The position numbers and the translations under genes were made by a program. The notes below the pieces were generated by a model. It was given only the letters and a program-made list of their open reading frames with translations. It was not told where the DNA came from and did not search any database. Shown one piece after another: positions 38,186 through 53,287 of a DNA stretch of 64,000 nucleotides (positions are counted from its first letter, which is position 1; every line of letters starts with the position of its first letter). The stretch comes from the human T2T-CHM13v2.0 reference genome, Homo sapiens, in the NCBI RefSeq assembly GCF_009914755.1, contig NC_060927.1, one strand, 5' to 3'.

Positions 38186-39819
38186 TAATATAGACATTAA
38201 AAGATATTTTTAAAGGTATTTTTTAAAAGTTAAAAAAGGTACTTTTTGACTGTTTAATGACATGAGAAAGTGTTCACAATCTATTAAATATATTAAATGA
38301 TAAAACAAGATAAGTACATATTACTTTTATTGTAAGAAAGCTTTTTAAAGGCACAACTAAATTAGGGTGCCATTTAATTTATTTTCAACCATTTAAAAAG
38401 ATTCCTAAAAGGTACACAAAGTGAGTGTTGTATAAACCAGAAGTACCAAATCATACCAAATTATGGTTTATAAATTAGTTTAAAAGAAAGCATTGGTTTC
38501 CTTTCTGAGGTACCCTTTTCTCCTATGGATAGGCATGAAAGGGAATAAAGCAGTCATACTCCTTTTCAAGGAAACCAATTACCTTTCCTTCAGACTGTTT
38601 GGTAAACTTATAAGCCTTCGCTTTCCAGCTTTCCAAAATAATCTTTGAATGTACTTTAAAAGAACAGCTTTTCCCAATAGTCTGCCAAGCTTTTAAAAAA
38701 AGAACTACTCTTGACCAAGTTTGGAAAAGTGCGTAAGTGTTCACTCCACATAAAACCAGTGTGTTCATTTCATAGAAAATTCCTCAGTATGTAAGACATT
38801 TTAGAGCATGCACATGGCCTGTGCTCTAATATTAGTTATTGATACTGAAAGCATTTTATTTAGGGAAAAATGATTTCCTTAGTGAAGATGTCAGTTTTTG
38901 TACCTAACCCCTTCACTACATAAAATGGATGTTGGGAAATGTCATGGCTCAGGAGATAAGCATCACCGTGAACCTTTGTGCTTAGCCTGCATTCATTTAC
39001 TCGATTCACAGGGACAGAAACTGTATAGCTTCTAGGAGGGTACATCTAGCCTTTGGGCAAAGCAAGAGTTAGGATGATGAGCAAAAGTTAAATGAGGGTA
39101 TGTGTCCTTATCTGTTTTCCTTGCTCTTATTCTTTGTGTTCTTTCTCTCCTCCCTGCCCCACCCCCAATTTCCATTGGAAATGGAGAGGATAAGTATTTA
39201 TATTTGCTGTTCCACACTCACAAACACTCACAAACTGATACTGACTACACAATTATGCATTTCTACCCTTCATTTCTCATATGCATTTACTGAGCATTTT
39301 ATTCTGTAAGGCATTATGTGAGACATGTGGCCTTAAGGAATTTATGATTGAGCTAATGATTCAAGGTAGTTCAGTCTATACCATGTATGGTATGGGTAGA
39401 CAGGAAGGAAATCATTGTGGGCAGGTGTCATAGGGAATAGCTTTTGTTCTAGGCATTTAGCTTTCTGGAATGGGGGCTTTTTCTCTTGCGATAGTTTGAA
39501 TTTCATTGTTACAGCTAGGCATTTTTATATATACCCTGAAGCTGTGTATATTGGACACAGGCTTAGGAAATAGCCTTCTCTGCCCAAGAAAGTTTGGAGT
39601 TGACGGTTGCAAATTTAAAGAGGTGAACTTTCCCTGGATTTCTACAGAATGAGAGGATTTGTTTGGTAGAAATGTTAGACACAGATACCTGAACTAAAAA
39701 TAAAGAAGCTGGACTAGTTAAAAATAGGCTAATATTCTCAGTTTTTACATATTTCAAAAACTTTAGGTGTTTTTGTTGAGAAAATTTTACTGAGCAGAGT
39801 CAAATTTCTGAATCAGTAA

Positions 39820-40123
39820 CTTTATTTTATTTTATATTTATTTATTTTTTGAAACAGGGTCTTGCTCTGTCACCCAAACTAGAGTTCAGTGGTTCAATTA
39901 TGGCTCACTGCAGCCTTGACCTCCTAGGTTCAGGTGATCCTCCCACTTCAGCCTCATGAATAGCTGAGAATACAGGCGTGCACCACCACGCCTGGCTAAT
40001 TTTCTGTAGAGACGGGGTTTTGTCATGTTGCCAGGCTGGTCTCAAACTCCTGGACTCAAGCGATCCACAAGTGTTGGCCTCTCAAAGTGTTGGGATTATA
40101 GGCATGAGCCACTGTGCCCAGCC
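39820..40123 (-). mobile_element. AluJ
   Basis: ATGGCTCACTGCAGCCTTGACCTCC. Confidence 0.9.
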
Positions 40124-40142
40124 TGATTCAGTCACTTTAGAG

Positions 40143-40364
40143 CAAGCTTGTCCAAACCATGGCCTGTGGGCTGCATGCAGCCTAGGACAGCTTTGAATGT
40201 GGCCCAACACAAATTTATAAACTTTCTTACAACATTATGAGGTTTTTTGTGATTTTTTTTTGGCTCATCACCTGTCATTCATGTTAGTGTATTTTATGTG
40301 TGGCTCAAGACAATTCTTCTTCTTCCAAAGTGGCCCCGAGAAGCCAAAAGATTGGACAGCCCTG
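40143..40364 (-). mobile_element. MER30
   Basis: Complete termini; perfect 8-bp TSD CTTTAGAG at 40135 and 40365. Confidence 0.95.
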
Positions 40365-40774
40365 CTTTAGAGCTTCCATATTTTAGACCTTTTAATTCTA
40401 TGACTTGCTTTGGTGGATCTGATATCTCCTTAATAGTCTTAGATCCATGTGGCAGAAGTTGTAGTGTTTTCTGTTTATTGAAGAGAGAGGTCTGGGATGA
40501 CAGTAGCATTTCTGTAGTTCCATTATTAAATCTTATTCACTAGTCTTTAAATATGAAACAAATCATCCTAGCACCCTACTGCAACACTCAGAGTTGTGGT
40601 GATGAATTCAGTATTGATGAATTAGTCTGTCTGGGACCTTCACAAGGGGATTTAATCATTGAAAGACACTTTACTCAACACTAAGCCGATAAAGAGTTTA
40701 ATATTAATACATAGTGATTCCTCAACTCACAAATCTTTTGGGAGCAATGCTGTTATATATTTTATTCTATTAAC

Positions 40775-40932
40775 TTATTTTTACAGATACAGGATCTCAC
40801 TCTGTCACCCAGGCTGGAGTGCAGTGGCACAATCATAGCTCACTGCAACCTTGAACTTGTGGCCTCAAGTGATCCTCTCACCTCAGCCTCCCCAAGTGCT
40901 GGGATTACAGGTGTGAGCCACCACACCCATCC
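40775..40932 (-). mobile_element. Alu monomer (FRAM-like or fused)
   Basis: ATCATAGCTCACTGCAACC..GTGCTGGGATTACAGGTGTGAGCC. Confidence 0.8.
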
Positions 40933-41649
40933 CTGTTATATATTTTAACATTTTTCATGTATATCATGTAAAGCAGTGATCTTTTTTAACAATTTGTTTG
41001 TGCAGCTACACAGGACCAATAAGCTACAGCTAAAAGCAAAGAGGGCCTATGTACCCCACTCTACAAGGGAAAAGAAAGGATATCTAGACATATTTCAGAA
41101 TCCAGCTTAATCCCATGAAGCTTTGTCTGTCTACTGGACTACTCATTGCCTTCCCTTGGCTTTCAGATCTTACAGCCTCTGCACGCAACTGTTCACTCCA
41201 TTCATACCAACAACTGCTACAGCTATGTTTTGGTAACTGCTTCATGCCAGGCTCTGTACTAGGTACTAGGTGAGCGAAGCAGGCAGTGGTTTCTGCCCTC
41301 CTGGATGTTACAAAGCCATAGGAGAGGAGATAAACAAGTAACAATAAACAGTGCATTGAGTATTCTCCAGTGCATTGCATATAAACTTGCAACAGCTTTT
41401 ATTTTTTCCCAGTGACTGCTTTCAACCCTGTTCACCCAATTTCTCATCTCTTAGTGAATGTTTGGCAGATCTATTAATATAACTTTCCAGTCAATTTGAG
41501 TGATTAAAATACAGTACAGACAAGCTTAAAATTCACCCTGACGTCTGATTCAAAGTGAACCCCTTCCTCACTACGTGCTGAACTTCTGTTCACCTAATCT
41601 GCAGAGATATCCTCAAGGATTCTGGTCATTCTCTTTTTCCCGGGAAAAC

Positions 41650-44270
<2,621 letters not shown>

Positions 44271-44284
44271 ATCAAGTGGGCAGT

Positions 44285-46290
44285 TGACATACATTGTTAG
44301 AGTCAGAAGGGAGGTCTGGACTATAGATGTAAATTTGTGAGTTGCCAGTAGATTAATGATATTTAAAGCAATAGAGAAGTATATTAGTTTGGATTATAAC
44401 TGATTGCATGTTTCAGAAAACCAAAAATAGCAGTGGTTTAAACAAGATATAATTTTTTCCCTCTCTACTGTAAGAGTCTGGGTGGATAGTCCAGTGCTAA
44501 TATGGTAGCTTCTCAATCATCAGGAAATCAGGCTTCTTCCACCTTGTTGTCTGGGCACATAACCATCCTCATTATGCAGCTCCACTTCATGGTTCTGGAG
44601 GGCCACTCCAACTCCAGCTCTGGCTCCTCCATTGTATCTTCAACATACCTGCTTCTCCATGCAGCAGAATGGAGAAAAGAAAAGAAAAGAAGACCACGTC
44701 CCCACCTTCATTTAAAGGCGATTCCCAGGAGTTTCAGACACCACTTCCATTTATTTCTTGCTGTCAGAGCTTAATCACCTGGCCACATCTAACTGAAAAC
44801 AAGGCTGGGAGATGCACAATTTTTTTTTCAGATAACAATGCAACTAGCTGCAAATGCGAAGTTCTCTTATTGTAGAAGGAGACAGAATAGATATTGGGAG
44901 TCACCTAGCAGTTTTCAGCTATAGATAGATTGAGAACACCTAGAAAGTAGAACTGAGGAAGAAAAAAGATCCAGGACTGAGTCTTGAGACAAACCAAGAT
45001 TCAGAGATCAGGTAGAAGAGGAGGAAAATAAATGAGGGTTAAATGGAACAGGCAAAAAGAGAGATGGTAAACAAGCTGAGAATGTTATCTTGAAGTCAAG
45101 AAAGAAGAGCATTTTGATCACCTGCATCAACTGCTGCTTGGATGTTGACTAAGATGAGGACAGGAAAGTATCACGGGGCTTACCTCTGTGCAAGCCTTTG
45201 AGCAGGCTCGGTGTTGGGAAAAGAATTACTTTGGAGTGGGATGATGGGTAAATGGGAGAAAGTGAAAACAGGATGTGTAGACCAGTTTTTGTAGGTTCGT
45301 CTGTGAAAGAGGGCAGAGAAATAGGATGGTATTAAATTAGAATGTGGTTTCAAGGAAAAATTTTTTTTTTGCTTGAAGGTGTTTGTTTGTTTGTTTGGTT
45401 TTAGAATGTCAGTACTACAGTTTTTTTTAAAATGCTGCTGGAATAATCCACTAACAAAGGAGAGCCCAGTGATGGAGAATGGGAGGTAACCAATGGAACT
45501 TATGTGATGGGTCAATTAGAAAAGATACTTCCTCCACTCTAACTATAAAAATTAGGAAAATATGGGTTCAGCTGTGGAGAAGCTAGTGGATTTGGTCGTG
45601 GAGTGATGAAAGAACTCTCATCAGATGGCCTTTGGTTTCTCAACTTAGAAGGCAGGAGGGGTGAGAGTGAGGAAGAGGGACAAGAGATGGTGTGAGGGCA
45701 GGAGATGGTATGAAATATTCCTCTTACAGAACGTAAGGTCAGTATTAATGCAAAAATGTAATAGGATTTCCACAGTATTGAGAGCCCATTTAAGGACTGA
45801 GATCGTTAATTTAAATTGAAACCAGCCTGCATGTTTGTGGAGTTTCTTTAGTAACCTTCAGTTACTCGGGAAGACCTGATGAAGGAAGATGCCTAAATAT
45901 ATCTTAACAGGGTTGATGTTTTATAAGGGGAATACAAGAATGGAAGGAAGGAGGGGCAAGAATTGTGAGGCTTTGTAAAGAGGTAGTTATAAAAACGGAA
46001 CATGGACTCCAAAGAGAATAAGGGAGGAAGGAGATAGAGATGTTGATAGATGTGAGGAAGTGCATTGTAGTTCCAAAGTGATATTGAAGAATTGCTGTAG
46101 TTGGGATTCTTGAGCCACAGAGCAAACAAATAGGAGGCTGGAGCTGGAGTTTGAAACTGAAAAAAAAAAAAAGAGAAGTGGTGTCTGTGTCTCTATGTGT
46201 GTGTGTGAGATAAGGTCCACAGTGTCATCATGAGGGTTGGTAGGTTGCTGCAATAGAGTGGGGGAAAGAGATATCTGAAATTAGAAGGAG
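44285..46290 (-). mobile_element. L2 (long, purine-rich antisense) interrupted by MLT1
   Basis: GGAGGTCTGGACTATAGATGTAAATTTG and GCATCAACTGCTGCT..AAGATGAGGAC motifs. Confidence 0.65.
44380..44923 (-). mobile_element. MaLR solo LTR (MLT1J/K-like)
   Basis: CAGTGGTTTAAACAAGAT..GGCCACATCTAACTG..AAGGCTGGGAGATG..ATAGATATTGGG. Confidence 0.7.
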
Positions 46291-46575
46291 GAGAGTTCAG
46301 TCCAGTCTTCTGTATTGTTTGTGGTTTGTTTCATGAAAGTGTATGTCTTCCCAACAAGACTCAAATCTCTTATAGTATTTGGCATCTGATACAGTGCTAA
46401 GCTGGTAGTGGAGATTCAATATATACATGAGAGGAAGAGCCTTATGATGTAACATATGGAAAGAAAAATGTGAAGTTCCAGACTGAAGAGCTAGAGCCAT
46501 GTATACCTTTATACCTGTGAGCTGATATAATGTTATGAGGAAGCCAGAGAATCAGTAATGGAGAATAGATTTGCA

Positions 46576-46812
46576 TTTTTTTTTTTGAGATGGAGTCTTA
46601 CTCTGTTGCCCAGGGTGGAGTGCAGCAGTGTGATCTCAGCTCACTGCAAACCCCTCCTCCTGGGTTCAAGTAATTCTCGTGCCTCTGCCTTCCAAGTAGC
46701 TGGGATTATAGGTGCATGGCACCGTGCCTGGCTAATTTTTGTATTTTTAGTAGAGATGGGGTTTCACCTGGCCTCAAACTCCTGACCTCAAGTGATTTAC
46801 TCACCTTGGCCT
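46576..46812 (-). mobile_element. 5'-truncated AluS
   Basis: Antisense Alu ending at CCTTGGCC. Confidence 0.88.
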
Positions 46813-47643
46813 ATATTTGCCTATTTTTGATGTTTGCATTTAGCAGGGTGACTGGGGAACAGTGGGAATGACCAGAACACAGAATCATTTCTGAGATTTT
46901 GTTGTGTATTATTTCCAAACTTATTTCTTTTCTTGTATATCATTGTCTGGTTCATTATTTTTAATGATGAGGGGGGCCTGTATAGATACCTCTTTTTCCC
47001 TTATGTTATGAAGTTGTGTTACTTTTTCTCTCTTCTTCCGAAGAAAATGAGATGGCTTTGATTTTAGGGACATTTAGAAGCTTTTTTAGCTGGGATATGT
47101 TTCTTTTGAGGGAATCAAACTTTCCTTAGAGTGACTGGCTAATGCTGAAAATTTCTTTCACTAATTTAGTGTATTTCTTCCATTAAAGAAAAACCTTAAA
47201 ATGCAAACTCCTGGCGGGAAGATAACATAAAGCCTTACATACGTGCAAGGTTGCAAATCACTAAGACTGGAGTCTTTTTGGAGAGAAAAGTATACTGAGG
47301 AACGGGGCCAGAAGACAGTGATGGGTGGAGTGGAGAGAAATTGCTCTACAGTGATGGAAAAAGGAAGCTTTTTGCCCAGTGCTGGCTCTGCCACCAGGGA
47401 GCCTCTGGGTTGCAGGGTTTCATGGCGAATATCACTTGTGAGAGCCAAAGTCATGGCAGTGCTTCAGACTTCAAGAGGAAATACAGGACTGTGCTCACTT
47501 TCTTGGTCCTTTAGGAACTCATCTGGCTTATCAAATTTACATTTCCTCAAATGCATGAGAATCCTACCTAGTTTTCCTCTCTATGTGTTCCAATTCATTC
47601 TTCCAACTGTTTCATATGGCCCATGTATGTAGAAATGAGGTTT

Positions 47644-48904
47644 TTTTTAAATTATACTTTAAGTTCTAGGGTACATGTCCACAACGTGCAGTTTTGTTAC
47701 ATATGTATACATGTGCCATGTTGGTGTGCTGCACCCATTAACTCATCATTTACATTAGGTATATCTCCTAATGCTATCCCTCCCCCCCCCCACCCCACAA
47801 CAGGCCCCAGTGTGTGATGTTCCCCTTCCTGTGTCCAAGTGTTCTCATTGTTCAATTCCCATCTATGAGTGAGAACATGCGGTGTTTGGTTTTTTGTCCT
47901 TGCGATAGTTTGCTCAGAATGGTGGTTTCCAGCTTCATCCATGTCCCTACAAAGGACATGAACTCATCATTTTTTATAGCTGCATAGTATTCCATGGTGT
48001 ATATGTGCCACATTTTCTTAATCTGGTCTATCATTGTTGGACATTTGGCTTGGTTCCAAGTCTTTGCTATTGTGAATAGTGCCACAATAAACATATGTGT
48101 ACTTGTGTCTTTATAGCAGCATGATTTATGATCCTTTGGGTATACACCCAGTAATGGGATGGCTGGGTCAAATGGTATTTCTAGTTCTAGATCCCTGAGG
48201 AATCGCCACACTGACTTCCACAATGGTTCAACTAGTTTACAGTCCCAGCAACAGTGTAAAAGTGTTCCTATTTCTCCACATTGTCTCCAGCACCTGTTGT
48301 TTACTGACCTTTTTAATGATCGTCATTCTAACTGGTGTGAGATGGTATCTCGTTGTGGTTTTGATTTGCATTTCTCTGATAGCCAGTGATGATGAGCATT
48401 TTTTCATGTGTCTGTTGGCTGCATAAATGTCTTCTTTTGAGAAGTGTCTGTTCATATCCTTTGCCCACTTTTTGATGAGGTTGTTTGTTTTTTCTTGTAA
48501 ATTTGTTTGAGTTCTTTGTAGATTCTGGATATCAGCCCTTTGTCAGATGAGTAGGTTGCAAAATTTTTCTCCCATTCTATAGGTTGCCTGTTCACTCTGA
48601 TGGTAGCTTCTTTTGCTGTGCAGAAGCTCTTTAGTTTAATTAGATGCCATTTGTCAATTTTGGCTTTTGTTGCCATTGCTTTTGGTGTTTTAGACATGAA
48701 GTCCTTGCCCATGCCTATGTCCTGAATGGTATTGCCTAGGTTTTCTTCTAGGGTTTTTATGGTTTTAGGTCTAACATTTAAGTCTTTAATCCATCTTGAA
48801 TTAAGTTTTGTATAAGGTGTAAGGAAGGGATCCAGTTTCAGCTTTCTACAAATGGCTAGCCAGTTTTCCCAGCACCATTTGTTAAATAGGGAATTCTTTC
48901 CCCA
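47644..48904 (-). mobile_element. 5'-truncated L1PA (about L1PA4/5), 1.26 kb
   Basis: 3'UTR plus ORF2 C-terminus; TSD tagaaatgaggttt at 47630 and 48905. Confidence 0.95.
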
Positions 48905-49054
48905 TAGAAATGAGGTTTCACAGTCATCAAATTAAAATAGGACCTGTCTCAATGCTTTAAAAAGCTGAATTCTGAGTTTAAAACAAGTAAAATATTTTTA
49001 GAAAAAAACTTTTTTCAAACAAAAGTCGGTCAAGATTCCAAAGACCACAATTTT

Positions 49055-49215
49055 ATTTCTAGTTCTATCACCCAGTAGCTGTATGACCTTGCATGAGGTG
49101 TTCTACTTTTGCGGGGCTTCGGTTTCCTCATCAAACAGGAGGAAGACTACATGCAATTAAATGCAATGCAATTAATGCATGAGAAAATGCTGGGTAAACT
49201 CTGAATAGCCATATG
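49055..49215 (+). mobile_element. MIR
   Basis: AGTAGCTGTATGACCTTG..GGTTTCCTCATC core. Confidence 0.6.
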
Positions 49216-49698
49216 ACTCTTTGATGCTATTACTAATGTGGTTTGAATCTTGGTAAATATAATACTGCAACTGCTTTGGGAATTTGGTTAAGCTTTTTCA
49301 GCTTTTGTTTGTTTGGATTTTGCATCTTTTTTGGGCTGTTGAGGGTAATATTAGAATCATTTCTGGTGATCCTATCCTCTTGAAAGCTAATCCCCAGGCT
49401 TCAAAGTTATTGCGGAGTCAACTCTGCTTGCCTTTTCTCTCCTAGAAGTAGTGTTGATGTTTCTGGCTTTTTATTTCTTCTCTCCCTTGAGGCCTGTTAA
49501 GTTAAAGAACTTATTTAATTCCCTGTCTCCAGCTGGGAGTGAACTTGAGTTCTGTTTTTTCTACAGGATCTGTGAGGAACCTCTTGCTCATTCCTAGATA
49601 TTCTATCCCTTATGTTATCAGAGTTGAGCCTACTACTTGGCTTCCACTTTCTGCAGTTTTTTTTTCCCCCTCTGTTAGTGTATTGATTGATTGACTGA

Positions 49699-49973
49699 TT
49701 TTTGAGACAGGGTCTCACTCTGTCACCCAGACTGGAGTGCAGTGGCATGACCATGGCTCACCTTTCTGGGTTGGAGCTATCCTCCCACCTCAGCCTCCTA
49801 AGTAGCTGGGACTAGAGTTGTGAGCTCCCACACCCAGCTAATTTTTGTATTTTTTGTAGAGATGGAGTTTCACTAGGTTGCCAGGCTGATTTCAAACTCC
49901 TGGCCTCAAGAAATCCTCCCGCCTTGGTCTCCCAAAGTGCTGGGATTACAGGCATGTGTCACTGTGCCTGGCC
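49699..49973 (-). mobile_element. AluJ
   Basis: Antisense Alu with (TTGA)n-like tail. Confidence 0.88.
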
Positions 49974-51147
49974 TGTTAGTCTATTTTCTAACCATTGCTG
50001 CCTGCATCAAGAACCCTGTTTGCTTTTCACTGGAGCCAATGAATAGTGGACACTGTGGTTCTTCCAAAGTGTGCTAGTTATATCCTAACTCCTCTACTTC
50101 AGTTCACACACTGTTGATGAAGTGAAAATTTAGGAGTTACCTTTCCCCCTTTCTTTCCATCTCTAACCCTATGACTCTGGCTTGACCACAGGGTCTGAGA
50201 GCACTCATAGGATTATACCAATTTATGTTTTGGATGGGTTGAGTTTTTCTACCAACCCTGGAGGCACAAGGTACATATTTTTATCCCAATTTGCCATTTA
50301 CCTGCCATGGGCTCTTAGGGGATTCACTTAACATCTGAGACTCCTGATTCCTTATCTGTACAATGAGTAAATGATTTATTGCCTACTACACAGTTATGAG
50401 GATGAAATGTGATCTGTAAAGGGCTGTATACATGTAAATGATCTTTCTTGTTATTGTGGCTGGTCTTCCAGGAATGTATCATTAATATTGCCAGTGATGG
50501 GGCTGTGGGACTGACTGGCCCCCTGGAACACAGGAAAGGGTATGTGAGAATATTGGAGAGTGGGCAGAGTCACAGAGTGGAGCTGAGATACCTGAGGTTC
50601 CAAAGAATGTGACTGTGTTAATAAGTAAGATGTGGACACTAAGTCCTATCTTTAGTCCCAAGATAAGGGCCTCTGTCCTCCTCTGCAGTGCCTTCTCTGG
50701 TCTCTCTTGTCTTTAGAGCTCACTATCAGTTTTTCAATGCCTATTGCACTGGCTATCCATACCACTTACCTGAATAAAGCAGGGTAATCTTTGCCATTTT
50801 TCTTTTGAATTTCTGTATTCTTTTTCCCCTACAAGATTACAAGTGTCTCAAGGTCTAGGACCATGTATATGAATGTTTCTTATCTCATGGTGATAGCACA
50901 TCACAGTGATTTATACCAGGTAGGCACAAGAAATGTGTGGTGTTTATGAAAAGCTTTGTAGGCCATGTTTTTCTCTGTTGAAGGTTGGGAAAAAAAGTTT
51001 TCTGTATGTGTTCTGTTATTCTTAAAAAAATTTTTTAACAAAATCATAAATGAACATCCATTAAAAAGTTAAGTAATGGTCACAGGCTTATAAAAACAGT
51101 AGTCTCTGCCAACCACACATTCTAGTCTGTTCCCTAGAAGTAACCAC

Positions 51148-51262
51148 TTTTTTTTTTTTTTAGAGATTGGGGGGTTGGTCTTGAACTCATGGGCACAAGT
51201 GATTCTCCAGCCTCGGCCTCCCAAAGTGCTGAGATTACAGGTGTGAGCCACTGTGCCTGGCC
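51148..51262 (-). mobile_element. Alu left-monomer fragment
   Basis: CCTCGGCCTCCCAAAGTGCTGAGATTACAGG. Confidence 0.8.
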
Positions 51263-51557
51263 AAGTAACCACTCTTAACTGTTACCTGTTCTTCCTCTTC
51301 TTTGCACTGTCTTATATGTATGTATATATAATTATCTCCTGGTTCACTGATTTTACACATTATCTACTAACTTTAAAGACTGGCAAATGAAAAATTTTAA
51401 CTATCTTTCACTCCCCTCTCCTCTTCCTACAGTCCCAATATAATTATATCCCAATATAGTGATATAGTCCCAATATAGTTACATGGTTATTATATGTATA
51501 TTTACATATATAACTATATATAGTTATATAGTTATATTTGGTTAACTCTCTTGTCAG

Positions 51558-52036
51558 TGTTCCTGTTATTTATTGTGGCTGAACAAATCATTACAAAACT
51601 TGTGTCTTAAAACACCTACCATCTTTTTATTCTTTCTCACATTACCTATGGGCAGGCACTGAGAAAGGCTCAATTGGGTGGTGGTGTCATGTACTTGCAG
51701 TCAGGCAATGGATGGAGCTGGCCAGGCCATCTCTCCATGTCTGTTCATGTAATCTCAGGGCTTTTCCATGTGGTCTCTCCCTGTGGGCTAGATTGGGCTT
51801 CCTCATAACATGGAGGCCTCATAACACGGAGGCCTCATAACACGTGAGGGTTCCAGTGAGCAAGGCAGAAGCAGAATTGCCTCTGAAGATATTGCCTCAG
51901 AAGTCATATAGCATCTCCTCTCCCATACTCCACTATTTACCAAAGCCTTTCTCAGATTCAAGGAGAGGGGACATAGAACTTGCCATTTGATGAGAGGGGT
52001 GTCAAAGAACTTGGGGCCATTTCTTTAAACTGCAAC
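51558..52036 (-). mobile_element. MaLR solo LTR (MLT1F-like)
   Basis: CATGTGGTCTCTCC..GCCTCAGAAGTCA..CAGATTCAAGGAGAGGG..TTTAAACTGCAACA. Confidence 0.75.
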
Positions 52037-52814
52037 AATTGATGTTTTCATTATGACCAAAGAAATATGGTCTATTCCTGAGCCACGTAGTGTACTGCAG
52101 ATGCATTACCTTTCTTGTATAACTTTCTGTTTTTCCTGGAGACATGTGTCTTAGTTTGCCATTTGCTTTGTTGTCTTAAAATCTCTGGCTGTGTTTTTTT
52201 TTCACATCCACCAAATAGCTCTGTAGTTTTCCACATGGTCAAACCTGCCAGATAATCTGTCAGTAACACTTATTTCTTTCCCTACAGATGTTCCTGCTGG
52301 ATTCTGCTGCTCTCCTCTGATCTAGAATAGCTGCTTTCTAGGTCGGCTGCATAGCCATTGTCCTAGGAGTTCTCTTCACTATCATCATGAGAATCTCCTT
52401 CATCTCTTCTTGGGTTAAATCCTTGATTCCTGGATCTTATGTCTTCTTTTTTGGCTTACTCATGTTTTGGTGAAACACGCCTCCATTAACATCTTTCTTG
52501 AGAAAGGATGCATGGGAGGTAAGCTTTTAGAGACTGTGCATACCCGAAGACATCTTTTTTCTACCCTTTTACTTTTGTCTGTGTGCAGAATTCTAGGTTG
52601 CAAGCATTCTCTCTGAATTTCGAAGGTGCTGCTCCTTTGCATTCTGCCTTCTGATATGCTGATGACAAGTCAAATGTCATTTGATTCTTGATCCTTTCTA
52701 TGTAAACTGCTTCTTTTCCCCTGGAAGTTTTTAATATTTTCTCCTTACCCTTGGTGTTCATGCCTTGGATCTGAATCTTTTTTTCTTTTGAAATTTTATT
52801 ATCACTATTTAAAA

Positions 52815-53164
52815 AAATTTATTTCCATAGGTTAGTGGGGAACAAGTGGTGTTTCATTACATGAGTATGTTCTTTAGTGGTGATTTGTGAGATTTTGGTG
52901 CACCCATCACCCAAGCAGTATACACTGCACCCAATTTGTAGTCTTTTATCCCTCACCACTTTCCCACGCTTTCCTGTTGAGTCCCCAGAGTCCATTGTGT
53001 CATTCTTATGCCTTTGCATCCTCATAAGCTTAGCTCTCACTTACGAGTGAGAACATATGATGTTTGGTTTTCCATTCCTGAGTTACTTCTAATAGTCTCC
53101 AGTCTCATCCAGGTTGCTGCAAATGCCATTAATTCATTCCTTTTTTATGTCTGAGTAGTATTCT

Positions 53165-53202
<38 letters not shown>

Positions 53203-53287
53203 ACAATTTCTTTACCCACTCATTGACTGATGGGCATTTGGGTTGGTTCCACATTTTTCCAATGGCAAATTGTGCTGCTATAAACAT
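52815..53287 (-). mobile_element. L1PB 3' end containing (TA)n at about 53168-53200
   Basis: GTGGTGATTTGTGAGATTTTGGTGCACCCATCACCCAAGCAG. Confidence 0.88.

Noticed and set aside
40598-40640. Paired TGATGA boxes suggesting a C/D snoRNA
   Set aside because: No suitably placed CTGA D box or terminal stem
47243-47632. 129-aa ORF in unique sequence
   Set aside because: Non-ATG start, no recognisable domain, length compatible with chance
47778-47808. G-quadruplex-forming tract on the minus strand
   Set aside because: Standard L1 3'UTR G-rich tract; not novel
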